NCBI GenBank assembly: GCA_002494645.1
Contig: DACE01000029.1
Location: 3,976-67,975 of the forward strand
Source of the DNA: Euryarchaeota archaeon UBA256
GTDB lineage: Archaea > Thermoplasmatota > Poseidoniia > Poseidoniales > Poseidoniaceae
Direction: 5' to 3'
Length of the DNA: 64,000 bases
Shown: one piece after another, positions 37,893-47,464 of the stretch
Position numbering within the stretch: position 1 is the stretch's first letter
Layout: each line of letters opens with the position of its first letter
The notes under the pieces: model-generated
The model's input: only the letters and a program-made list of their open reading frames with translations
What the model was told of the DNA's origin: nothing
Database searches by the model: none
Made by a program: the position numbers and the translations under genes

Positions 37893-39233
37893 TCATCCAA
37901 GAAGCTCTTGATGCATATCGATGTACTGAATGGTGATATCACCATTGTTGAAATCCTTCTCATCCATTATCCGGCGGTGCAGTGGAATCAGATGCTCCAC
38001 ACCTGTGATGATGGTTTCGTCAAGTGCTGTTTTCATTCGGGCGATGGCGTCCTCACGGTCACGCCCCCAGACGAGTAATTTTGCGAGAAGAGAGTCAAAA
38101 CATCCCGGCATCTCGTACCCCGGGTGAGCGTGTGTATCACAACGCACGCCAAACCCACTTGGGAAATGGCACTCCCACAATCGGCCTGGACTGGGTACGA
38201 ATTCGCGAGGGTCTTCTGCATTGAGTCGGCATTGGATGGAGTGTCCTCGCCAAGTAATATCCTCTTGAGCAAGCGGCAATGCTTCACCTTGTGCAACTCG
38301 AATTCCGAGTTCAACGAGATTGTGACCGGTAATCAATTCGGTGACGGTGTGCTCTACTTGAACTCGCGGATTGACTTCAAGGAAGTAGAAATCGCCGTTA
38401 GCATCACGAAGGAATTCAAAGGTTGCAAGGCCCTTGTAGCCAACGGATTCCGCTCCTCGGCAAACAAGGTCACCGATCTCTGCTCGCTTGGCATCATCCA
38501 ACCAAGGCCCTTCTTCAACCAACTTCTGATGGCGTCGTTGGATGGAGCAAAAGCGTTCACCGAAATGAATCGCTTTCTTACCGTCTGCAAGAACCTGAAA
38601 CTCCACGTGTTGAGCCCCTTGTATGTATTTCTCAACGAAGACCCGTTCATCACCGAAGGCCGACCTTGCTCGTGATTGACAGAGTTTGAGAGCGCCTTCA
38701 AATTCATCGGCCTTCTCGACAATTTGCATCCCTATGCCCCCGCCGCCGGCTGCTGCTTTGATGATGACGGGATAACCGATTTCATCAGCGAGTTGACGTG
38801 CGACATCGGCACTGGAAATCGGTTCTGAAGAGCCTTTCGCGGTTGGAAGGCCGGCTGCTTCCATCGCTGCTCGGGCCTCAATTTTGTCACCAAGTAAGGT
38901 GATCACACCTGATGCTGGACCGATGAAGGTAATCCCTTCTTCTTCGAGACGAGCGACGAAGGCGGCATTCTCGGCCAAGAATCCATAACCTGGGTGTACG
39001 GCATCGCATTCCAATTCCTTTGCGGCCTGAATGACTGATTCGATGTCGAGATAGGAGTCCAAGGGGTTGCTACGATAGTTGGGGTAAGCAATGTCTGCCA
39101 TACGAACGGGAAGTGAGAGTCGGTCTTCTCGACCGTGTATAATCGCCGCCTCAATGCCCATATCACGCAAGGTACGGAGGATGCGGAGCGCAATTTCGCC
39201 TCGGTTCGCAATGAGAACACGCTTGAAGCCCAT
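37893..39233 (-). CDS. accC: Biotin carboxylase subunit of an acyl-CoA carboxylase
   Basis: LIANRGEIA, HPGYGFLAEN, KAAAGGGGIG, SIQRRHQKLVEE, EVNPRVQVEH and RLNAED. Substrate of the holoenzyme cannot be read from this subunit. Confidence 0.9.
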   Translation of the reverse strand: MGFKRVLIANRGEIALRILRTLRDMGIEAAIIHGREDRLSLPVRMADIAYPNYRSNPLDSYLDIESVIQAAKELECDAVHPGYGFLAENAAFVARLEEEGITFIGPASGVITLLGDKIEARAAMEAAGLPTAKGSSEPISSADVARQLADEIGYPVIIKAAAGGGGIGMQIVEKADEFEGALKLCQSRARSAFGDERVFVEKYIQGAQHVEFQVLADGKKAIHFGERFCSIQRRHQKLVEEGPWLDDAKRAEIGDLVCRGAESVGYKGLATFEFLRDANGDFYFLEVNPRVQVEHTVTELITGHNLVELGIRVAQGEALPLAQEDITWRGHSIQCRLNAEDPREFVPSPGRLWECHFPSGFGVRCDTHAHPGYEMPGCFDSLLAKLLVWGRDREDAIARMKTALDETIITGVEHLIPLHRRIMDEKDFNNGDITIQYIDMHQELLG

Positions 39234-39296
39234 ACATCACCCTCAACCGAAGCAATCTATGAGCAAAGCGGTGATATCCCACGCAGAAGAACGGAT

Positions 39297-40370
39297 TCAA
39301 GATGGGCGTTCTACCACGGATTCGTCTTCCCCCTGAACATAAGCGACAGCACGAACAAAAGGCTGACTACGAGGACGAAACATAGAGCGCCTCATCATCC
39401 TCAAGATACCTCGTAACGTCACAAGCATTCTCTTGAATGAGCGCCATGGATGGCGAATGATACGCAGTGGATTTCCAATGCCAGCTAACGGATATTGCAA
39501 TTGCTCCATCATGGTCATTGGAATGTGTTCATCAATCCCGTATACGGTGGGGCGTTTGTCTTTTGGCATGTAATAGGTTCCAAAGATTAAATCCCACAGA
39601 GGCAAGAAGGTCGAATAATTACACCAAATAGCATCCTCCTCATTGGAATGGTGCCAGTGATGAAATTCTGGCGTCATGATAATTCTTGAGAGCGGACGCA
39701 ACCAGAGACGAACGTTTGCATGTAGAAAAAGACCGAGCAAAATTTGAGCGATGGCGATCAATCCTGAGGTTTCTGGGGAAAATCCCGCCGCGATGAGAAA
39801 GAAAAATGCTGGGGCGATCAGCGTACCATCGAAAGGATGCGCACGAAAACCGCTGGCCCAGTCCATGTCCTCCGGCGAATGATGAATGGCATGGAAACGC
39901 CAGAGTTGAGGCACCTCATGGTAGAAACGATGGGTCCAATACCCCACCAAATCAAACAACATTACGCCCACAATGAGAAGATATGGCTCAGGTATTGACT
40001 GGACGTAGGGGCGAAGTAACAATCCGGGAATCCAAGCAAAACTCAACACGCCGACGAGAATTGCAGCAACTAAACCAATACTTTGGAGGACGGGGGAGGC
40101 CAGCGCATAACCTACGTCGAGTTCGAGGTGAGGGCGACGGAAGCCCTGATGGTCGTGACGGGGAAAGAGACGCTCAAAGGGCACTACGAGTATGAAGAGA
40201 ACGATAACTGCCCCCAAACCATCTTGGTTATTTGATACGGCATAGCCAGCAAGTGCTAGTGCCAGGATTCGGAGCACAATTGCCCGAGGCCATCCACCGA
40301 CGGGTGGAAGACGAGGGGCTGCTGGGACGTTCGCATCCCTGGGATGAGTCATAATGTTGTGATGCTCCAA
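39297..40370 (-). CDS. Sterol desaturase / fatty acid hydroxylase superfamily membrane di-iron enzyme
   Basis: His boxes YWTHRFYH, FHAIHHS, FLHAN and FHHWHH; PLWDLIFGT. Confidence 0.88.
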   Translation of the reverse strand: MEHHNIMTHPRDANVPAAPRLPPVGGWPRAIVLRILALALAGYAVSNNQDGLGAVIVLFILVVPFERLFPRHDHQGFRRPHLELDVGYALASPVLQSIGLVAAILVGVLSFAWIPGLLLRPYVQSIPEPYLLIVGVMLFDLVGYWTHRFYHEVPQLWRFHAIHHSPEDMDWASGFRAHPFDGTLIAPAFFFLIAAGFSPETSGLIAIAQILLGLFLHANVRLWLRPLSRIIMTPEFHHWHHSNEEDAIWCNYSTFLPLWDLIFGTYYMPKDKRPTVYGIDEHIPMTMMEQLQYPLAGIGNPLRIIRHPWRSFKRMLVTLRGILRMMRRSMFRPRSQPFVRAVAYVQGEDESVVERPS

Positions 40371-40449
40371 TGCTTCTTATCATTTCTCTCAGAGTGTGCA
40401 CATCAATTGACCGAAATACGGAAGGAATAGGGTTTGAAAATGGGAAAAA

Positions 40450-40974
40450 ATGGCATCAAAAAGAAAAATAATGCCGAGATTTGATAACCCCCTACGCCTA
40501 TGGGTCAACATGAGCGGAGCAGAGGCAACAGGCAGCAGTGTGCTGCGAAAACTAGCGGGTAAGGACTTGAACAACGATGGGCGAATCATCAATTTAGTCG
40601 TATGTGGGAATTCAAAATTTTATGATTATTCCTTCCTTGAAACCGAAATTGAACAGTGGGTCAAATACCATGGTTATCCCGACGTGATCATTCTTGGCGG
40701 GGCGAGTGGGGTCGACTTTCTCGCAGAGCGATGGGCCGATAACAACAACATTCCCATCGCAGTTTTCACCGAAGCTTGGGCAGGTCCGCGTTCTTCAGAT
40801 GGAGTAGATTCCGGACGTCCCGAAGCGATTGCAGACCTTGGGAAACGAATGCTCAAACATGCGACACATATGTTGGCCTTTCCGGGACCCGATTCGGTTT
40901 GGACCAAACGAATGGAAGATTTAGCACAAGCCGCTGCTGTGCCGGTGGTCAGCATACCTCTACCGGAAGAGTGA
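40450..40974 (+). CDS. SLOG-superfamily protein (DUF2493/YspA-like)
   Basis: LVVCGNSKFYDY, ILGGASGVDFLAERWA and LAFPG. Confidence 0.7.
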   Translation: MASKRKIMPRFDNPLRLWVNMSGAEATGSSVLRKLAGKDLNNDGRIINLVVCGNSKFYDYSFLETEIEQWVKYHGYPDVIILGGASGVDFLAERWADNNNIPIAVFTEAWAGPRSSDGVDSGRPEAIADLGKRMLKHATHMLAFPGPDSVWTKRMEDLAQAAAVPVVSIPLPEE

Positions 40975-40977
40975 ACA

Positions 40978-42225
40978 TCAGTAGACGTCTCGAAGGTAAC
41001 GTTTCTGTTCCTTCATCATCGTCTTTTCGATAAAATGTGTTGCGTCGTCAAGGGACATGCCACCGTGTTCAACGGCAATGTCAATCAGTGCTCTATGAAC
41101 GTCTTTGGCCATGTATTGCTTATCACCACAGATGTAGAAATAAGCACCGCGCTCAAACCACTCCCAGACTTCTGCGCCGTGTTCTTTCAAGCGGTGTTGA
41201 ACATAGATTTTCTCTTCTTGGTCACGTGACCATGCCGTGGTAAATTGGTACAGGTGGCCTTCGTCAATCCATTGTTCGATTTCATCCTTGTAGTAGAATT
41301 CAGTTTTCTCAGACTGATCACCAAAGAAGAGCCAGTTTTTACCCGTACCACCGTCATGAACTCGTTGTTCCATGAAGGCACGGAAAGGAGCAATTCCTGT
41401 TCCAGGGCCAACCATGATGATGTCGGTTTCTTTGTCTTCTGGGAGAATAAAGGACTTGGTCGGTGACATGAAGACACCTATTGGAGCTCCTGAAGTATCA
41501 ATTTCATCAGCCATGAATTGGGTGCAAAGGCCACCTCGTGCTCTTCCGTTGTATTCGAAACGAACAATCCCCACGGTCAATTCAACAAAACCAGGGTGCG
41601 CATCGTGCGAGGAGGCAATAGAGTAGAGGCGAGGTTTGAGGCGGTCGGCAAGTTCAAGGAATTCGTCGTGGGAGTATTTGACATCAAACTCACGCATGAT
41701 GTCGATATAATCACGGGTCCAGAGGTAGTTTTCAATGGCTTTGGCGTCAGCCGTGATGGCTTCAACTTGAGAGGCAGGGTCGTCAGAAGCAACGGAGGGT
41801 CGAAGCGGGGTCGTTGCGTCTTCAGTGGCTTGCCAGGTCTCATTATTACGTGAGCGGGATACAATGCTCATGGAAATTTTCATGCCGCTTGAAATCACTT
41901 TTTCAGTCAATGATTGGACGAACTTCTTATTGGCGAGGTGGACTTCAAAATCCTTTTTCAAAGCCTCACGAAGCGTACGGTCACCCTTGTGAGTGCTGAC
42001 CTCGGCATCGGGATTCCAACCCTGAACTTCAATCAACTCGTCAACGATGTGAGGCGGGTTCTCTGCGACGACACCAAGCGCATCGCCGACCTTGTAGTCC
42101 AAACCTGAATCTCCGAGTTCAAAGACGATGTGTCGGGTTTCTTTTCTGGACCCAGCACCGTTGAGAATGAAATTCTCAGTAATTTTACTCATGTAGGGAT
42201 TTTTTGCAGACCAACCATCAGCCAT
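40978..42225 (-). CDS. CysJ/FNR-like FAD/NADPH oxidoreductase lacking the flavodoxin domain
   Basis: PRLYSIASS, GLCT, MVGPGTGIAPFR, LFFG, YICGD and C-terminal RDVY. The protein begins at the FAD-binding region (KNPY). Confidence 0.85.
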   Translation of the reverse strand: MADGWSAKNPYMSKITENFILNGAGSRKETRHIVFELGDSGLDYKVGDALGVVAENPPHIVDELIEVQGWNPDAEVSTHKGDRTLREALKKDFEVHLANKKFVQSLTEKVISSGMKISMSIVSRSRNNETWQATEDATTPLRPSVASDDPASQVEAITADAKAIENYLWTRDYIDIMREFDVKYSHDEFLELADRLKPRLYSIASSHDAHPGFVELTVGIVRFEYNGRARGGLCTQFMADEIDTSGAPIGVFMSPTKSFILPEDKETDIIMVGPGTGIAPFRAFMEQRVHDGGTGKNWLFFGDQSEKTEFYYKDEIEQWIDEGHLYQFTTAWSRDQEEKIYVQHRLKEHGAEVWEWFERGAYFYICGDKQYMAKDVHRALIDIAVEHGGMSLDDATHFIEKTMMKEQKRYLRDVY

Positions 42226-42375
42226 ACCTTCACCTCAACCACACAGTGGCGATGGTTTTCCCATCTAAGGTTGCTTTATCATCATTGGTATGAATTCACA
42301 TCGGCGCAGAGGTCCAAAATTCAGCCACCGTGAAGCACCGATGGGAAGAAGAGGGGGGGCGTGTTGGGGATGCTC

Positions 42376-43179
42376 ATGGACCATCGCATCGTGATGCTGG
42401 GGACTGGAAATGCATTCCTCCCTCACGGCAGACACCATTCGTTTGCGATGTTTGACCGTCAACACATCATCGATGCCCCACCAACCGCACTTGCAGGTAT
42501 GCGAAGGATTGGTTATTCGCCAGCGGACCTTCGGACCATCTTCATCACGCATGTTCACGGAGACCATGTCTTTGGATTTCCCTTCTTATTGCTCGAACGC
42601 AAATACATTTCCGACCGAGAACAACTCCAACCGCTTCGCGTTGTTGGCTCATCCATCGTGAGGGAACGCCTGACTCACTTGTGTCAACTCGCCTTTCCGG
42701 GCTCCTTGGAGAGCGTCCTTGAGACGGTTGTGTGGGATGAGCGCGAAATCGGATCGACCGATGACGGTTGGACCTGGGAACGTTTTGAAGTTCATCATGA
42801 AGATGCCGTGGAACCTCATGGTTATCGCTTTGAACATCAAAGCGGTGCAAATTTTGTACACAGCGGAGATTCCGGTCCGTGTGAAGCACTCCACGAAGCC
42901 ATCGAACGGTCCGCAATCGCCATTCTCGAGATGGGCTTTCCCGATTGGGTTCCCTCAACCCATCATCACAAACCAAAGGATGTTGAGGCTTTAGCCCTGC
43001 GCTGCCAAACTCCACTCGCCATCACCCATACCTTCATCGATGAAAGGACGGAGTTTGAAACGACGCTCACGAAGGAAGTTCCAAGACTTCCTCAGCATGT
43101 CACCCAACTTTCAGATGGTGCCACCATTTCATGGGAAAAAGGGACATGGCTTATTGCGGATTTATCTAATGGTTCGTGA
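42376..43179 (+). CDS. Metallo-beta-lactamase-fold hydrolase (RNase Z-like)
   Basis: MLGTG, THVHGDH, HSGDSG and late His motifs (HHH, TH). Confidence 0.85.
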   Translation: MDHRIVMLGTGNAFLPHGRHHSFAMFDRQHIIDAPPTALAGMRRIGYSPADLRTIFITHVHGDHVFGFPFLLLERKYISDREQLQPLRVVGSSIVRERLTHLCQLAFPGSLESVLETVVWDEREIGSTDDGWTWERFEVHHEDAVEPHGYRFEHQSGANFVHSGDSGPCEALHEAIERSAIAILEMGFPDWVPSTHHHKPKDVEALALRCQTPLAITHTFIDERTEFETTLTKEVPRLPQHVTQLSDGATISWEKGTWLIADLSNGS

Positions 43180-43375
43180 TGGCTCCAAAATGTTCTTTTT
43201 GCATTTTTACCCGCTGTCTTTATATTAGCATATGAGCCGTTCCTTGTTCACAAATCACAACCTTCCAAAGGATGGAGTGGACAGGCATATAAGGGGGACT
43301 CGGACTCAAGGCACATATGGCGTTGGGTCTGAAAACGACCCTTTGCTATTAGGTATAAAAGCGAGGTGAACATGT

Positions 43376-44617
43376 ATGGAAGACAACATCTTTGACAAGT
43401 TCATTTCACAAAAAACGCTCTTCAAAAATAAAGAGAACCTCCGGCATAATTACCGCCCAAATCAACTTCCACACCGCGACGAAGAGATTGAAACAATTTC
43501 CTACAACCTTTGGGAGGCCCTCAAAGGACATATTCCCTCAAACATGACGCTCTACGGAGTCACTGGCGCTGGAAAAACTGCTGTTACGTCGTATGTTTGC
43601 CACCACCTGAAAGCCAAAGGAGAATCCATGGGGAGTCAGGTTGAGTCGATTATGGTGAACTGCCGCCAGATTGACACACAATATCGCGTCCTCAGCCACA
43701 TTGGAAATTCACTTCTTGAATCCTACGAACAGGGTGAAATACCCTTCACTGGTTGGCCAACCGACCGCGTTTTCAACGAATTAGTACGCCGTATGGATCA
43801 GCGCGGTGGTGTTTTTGTGATCGTCCTGGATGAAATTGACCACTTGGTCAGGAAGGTCGGAGACGACCTCTTGTACAACCTCACCAGTCTCAACTCCTCT
43901 CTCAAAAAGGCACGTGCCTGTGTCATCGGCATCTCTAACGACCTGAAATTTACTGACTTCCTCGACCCGAGAGTCCGCTCAAGACTCGGCCAATTGGATG
44001 TCTTGTTCAAGCCTTATGATGCCGAACAACTTCAGGATATTCTTCGCCAACGCGCCCTTGAAGGATTGAATCAAGGCGTCCTTGGCTCTGGTGTCATCGA
44101 GCTTTGCGCAGCACTTGCTGCTCAGGAACACGGTGATGCTCGATGCGCTCTTGACCTCCTGAGAATCTCCGCAGAAAAAGCAGAACAAGAAGGGGAACGT
44201 TCGGTCAATCAAAATCATGTTCGCGTGGCCCAGAGCCAAATTGAATCCGACCAAATGACGCCGGTGATTTCGACCCTTCCAAGTCAGCAAAAGTTGGTTC
44301 TGGCTGCTGTTTTGATCAACGAGCAAAATGGTCTAAAAAATGTTCAAACCGGCCAAGTCTACGACATTTACCGACAAGCGTGCAAGCATATCCGACAAAA
44401 CCCCCTCACCCAGCGCCGTATCTCAGGCCTCATTTCCAACCTTGACATGCTTGGTCTGGTCACCGCCCGCACCGTTAGCAAGGGGCGCTATGGACGTTCC
44501 AAGGAAATTAATTCCTGCATTCCATCGAACATTAACGCGCCTGAAATCATGAAGGCAGCCGAGGAAGAAATGGCGCTTGTGTTCAATGCAATATACCATC
44601 AGCAAACCTCGCTTTGA
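43376..44617 (+). CDS. cdc6: Cdc6/Orc1 replication initiator
   Basis: Walker A GVTGAGKT, VNC, Walker B IVLDEID, DPRVRSRL, HGDAR and a C-terminal winged helix with SKGRYGR. Confidence 0.95.
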   Translation: MEDNIFDKFISQKTLFKNKENLRHNYRPNQLPHRDEEIETISYNLWEALKGHIPSNMTLYGVTGAGKTAVTSYVCHHLKAKGESMGSQVESIMVNCRQIDTQYRVLSHIGNSLLESYEQGEIPFTGWPTDRVFNELVRRMDQRGGVFVIVLDEIDHLVRKVGDDLLYNLTSLNSSLKKARACVIGISNDLKFTDFLDPRVRSRLGQLDVLFKPYDAEQLQDILRQRALEGLNQGVLGSGVIELCAALAAQEHGDARCALDLLRISAEKAEQEGERSVNQNHVRVAQSQIESDQMTPVISTLPSQQKLVLAAVLINEQNGLKNVQTGQVYDIYRQACKHIRQNPLTQRRISGLISNLDMLGLVTARTVSKGRYGRSKEINSCIPSNINAPEIMKAAEEEMALVFNAIYHQQTSL

Positions 44618-44690
44618 GGCGTGGTGATGAAGGGATTCTCCCTCTTTCTGGTTCGGTGTGCTTAAATGCACCTCGTCAGTCCGCAGGAAC

Positions 44691-45254
44691 ATGAGCGACG
44701 GCAAGGACAATGTTGATTCGTCTGAAACCTCCAGTGATGGAAGCGTTCCATTCTACTCCAACTGGTTCATTATCCTCGGCGCTTGGGGACTTCTTTTGGC
44801 CGTTCTCAACATGTTCAGCATGGCACATCCAACTCAACATATTTCCTGGGGAGGCCTGCTAACCTTTGAAGCAACAAACGAAGCCTTTGGTGGAGCAAGA
44901 GATGGGTTCCACTTCGAACCCTTCGGCGATACAATTTTTGTCGCAGCCTGCTTGGCATTAATCGTATTCGGATTCAAACCAATCAATGATGGCGGCCACA
45001 CGGCAACGTGGTTCCGTGGTCTTGTGGTCAACGACACATGGACGGCTTTGGGCGATCTGAGTGTCGGTGGCGGACAGCGAACAATGGCTGCTTGGTGCCT
45101 TCTGCTCGGTTTCGTGTTTTACTTCTGGTTTGGCATCCAATACAGCGGATGGATCGATGTTGGCGTCTATTCAGTCAGCATTGCTTTGATTGCGGCAGGA
45201 TTCGCCCTTAATCACGCAAGTCGAGTCCCCCCCGGCGATGAAAACATCGATTAA
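44691..45254 (+). CDS. Hypothetical membrane protein (4 TM)
   Basis: ORF with four hydrophobic segments; no family recognised. Confidence 0.65.
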   Translation: MSDGKDNVDSSETSSDGSVPFYSNWFIILGAWGLLLAVLNMFSMAHPTQHISWGGLLTFEATNEAFGGARDGFHFEPFGDTIFVAACLALIVFGFKPINDGGHTATWFRGLVVNDTWTALGDLSVGGGQRTMAAWCLLLGFVFYFWFGIQYSGWIDVGVYSVSIALIAAGFALNHASRVPPGDENID

Positions 45255-46375
45255 GGCTTGGAGCGAAAAAGCGGACGATGTCCGTGACGTCCCAACAAAG
45301 CGTCCATGCACCCTAAGATTGTGCCTTGCCATAAGGCAACGCTCCAACGAAATGTCAACCAACGCACACCAATCATCACGCTGAATTTACCTTTTGTGGA
45401 AGATTTCATCACTTCACGGTTCACAACTCCCAAAGAACCACACCACAAAATAACCTCATGAGCCGTTAATAGAAGCATCGAGATGACGAGGCTTTGAGAG
45501 TCCCATTGTTCAAATAAAACAGGTGTATTCATCGTCTCCTGTATCAGTGAAGTAAGGGTCGGAAGGGCAAACCCTGCGATCATGATCCAGATGGGTAAGA
45601 GGAACAGAACCATTGTTGAACTTCCGAGGAAATCAAAGGCTGGTCCGTTTCGTTTTCGTTTCGGATAATGGCGAAGAATTCGAACATGTGCCCTTGCGTC
45701 TCTGCGGCGTTTATGCAGAAAAAGGCCCGTTCCAGTTTCTGGAACGTGGCGTACAAGAGCATCAGGAGCGTACACGATGGTCCCTCCTGCTTCCAGCAAG
45801 CGTAAACTGACCTCCATGTCCTCAGCATGATACCAGCCTGGGTCAAAGCCCCCAATCTTTCTGAGAGAATCACGATGGAACATAGAGCAGGGACCGTTCG
45901 CTAAACTCGTTCTTCTCGGCCTTGACCGATACTTTGATGCGATTTCGATCGAACGAATTCGGCTCACGAGGTCCTCGGCTCGCTCAAAAACGGTACGACC
46001 TGTTACTGCAACTACATCTTCAGTTGCGTCAATGGGTTTAGCGGCGGTGACGAGATTGGTAATCCAGTCTTGCTCGGGGCGGACATCGATGTCAGTGATG
46101 GCAACCCACGTTCCTTTGGCATGTTCAACCGCCCAGCGCCGGCCTGCAGATAGACCCAATGCGGCTTGTTGGTGAACATGAATGGGAATACCTCGTTCAC
46201 CATGAGGGTCGTGCCAATGTTGAGCACGCTCCGACCCGCCGTCGGTTGAACCGTCATCAACGAGGAGAATTTCTAGATTGGAATAGGTTTGTGCAATGAG
46301 GGCTTCGAGGCATCCATCAATCCAATGGGCTCCGTTTCGCACGCAGACGGTGATTGAAACCAACGGGTAGTCCAA
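45251..46375 (-). CDS. Family 2 glycosyltransferase
   Basis: VDDGSTD, TDID, GGFD...AEDME and C-terminal TM helices. Confidence 0.9.
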   Translation of the reverse strand: MDYPLVSITVCVRNGAHWIDGCLEALIAQTYSNLEILLVDDGSTDGGSERAQHWHDPHGERGIPIHVHQQAALGLSAGRRWAVEHAKGTWVAITDIDVRPEQDWITNLVTAAKPIDATEDVVAVTGRTVFERAEDLVSRIRSIEIASKYRSRPRRTSLANGPCSMFHRDSLRKIGGFDPGWYHAEDMEVSLRLLEAGGTIVYAPDALVRHVPETGTGLFLHKRRRDARAHVRILRHYPKRKRNGPAFDFLGSSTMVLFLLPIWIMIAGFALPTLTSLIQETMNTPVLFEQWDSQSLVISMLLLTAHEVILWCGSLGVVNREVMKSSTKGKFSVMIGVRWLTFRWSVALWQGTILGCMDALLGRHGHRPLFRSKP

Positions 46376-47401
46376 TCATTCCACCTCAAATAATTCCAAT
46401 AAACGACGACAGCGTCCTTTGGTTGCCAATGTCGTCAATTGTACCACCACACCTTTGCCGGGTTGTCCGTATACTACGATGGAGCCGATTGGGGCGAGAA
46501 GATGTGCATAGAGGGGAGCAAGGTCTTCTTCGCCATCGACATAAATCAGGCATGATTCCTCTTCATCAACGGCTTTTTCAAGTGCCTCAAGAAGGGATGG
46601 CGTCAGTTGGCCTGGTGGATTATTCGCGTCAAGATGACAGGAAAAGGAGCTCGGGTCTACCTGTTCGCTTTCAGAGAGGGGTGTTCGTTTTGTTTGTCCG
46701 TCAATGAGAGCAATGTCGGGGATTATGTCCATCTCAAGCATCGTACGTACCGTCACATCTCCTACTGCAATCAACATGTCTTGGCTTAATGAACGGTCCT
46801 CTAATGCAGCATACATCGCTACATCTGGAGCATCTTCAGGGCCCTCAAAGAGTGTCCCCATTGGTGTTTTGAGTTCTCGGTCAAGACCAGGGTGCATCAA
46901 CAAAATGTTGGCCGACATCGAAGACGTCACCCAAGGATGACCCTCAGTATCGATCTTACCGTTACGGATTTGAGAAGAACTGATGATGCCTCCGCAATGA
47001 TCTGCAAGATGGTCTACTTCGATGATGTGCAAGGATGGAAGGTTGTTGGCATGGCGCAATGTATTGATGTGCTCGCATTGCCCTCTCGTCTCAGGCGTGG
47101 CTACGATACAGTCTGCAAGAGGATGTTGAGGTGCCGGTCCTTGTACATCGTTCAATTCAAACACCGTCCCACGACGAGGTGCATGACGTTCGATCCACTG
47201 CAAGAGGTGTTCACGGCGTGTTTCGAAGGATTGGATGTTCGCTGCTTTTGAGTCTGCCATTCGGTCACTTGTGATGTGAATCTCAAGGTGAGCAGCTTGA
47301 CGTTGAGCCGCATCCAATAAGAGGCGATGTCCGGCATGAAAGCGGTCAAAGGTGCCGCCGACCAAACATCGCTGAAAGCGGTAAGCGCCCTCCATGAACA
47401 C
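46376..47401 (-). CDS. coaD: Fused phosphopantetheine adenylyltransferase / GTP-dependent dephospho-CoA kinase (DUF359)
   Basis: GGTFDRFHAGH and ISSSQIR (nucleotidyltransferase), followed by AVGDVT, VDGEEDL and YGQPGKG (DUF359). Confidence 0.88.
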   Translation of the reverse strand: MFMEGAYRFQRCLVGGTFDRFHAGHRLLLDAAQRQAAHLEIHITSDRMADSKAANIQSFETRREHLLQWIERHAPRRGTVFELNDVQGPAPQHPLADCIVATPETRGQCEHINTLRHANNLPSLHIIEVDHLADHCGGIISSSQIRNGKIDTEGHPWVTSSMSANILLMHPGLDRELKTPMGTLFEGPEDAPDVAMYAALEDRSLSQDMLIAVGDVTVRTMLEMDIIPDIALIDGQTKRTPLSESEQVDPSSFSCHLDANNPPGQLTPSLLEALEKAVDEEESCLIYVDGEEDLAPLYAHLLAPIGSIVVYGQPGKGVVVQLTTLATKGRCRRLLELFEVE

Positions 47402-47464
47402 TGGTTAGGACCAACAGCCTTTGAGGTCATCGCAACATGATGGCATTGAGAAGAGGTTTTCGAA

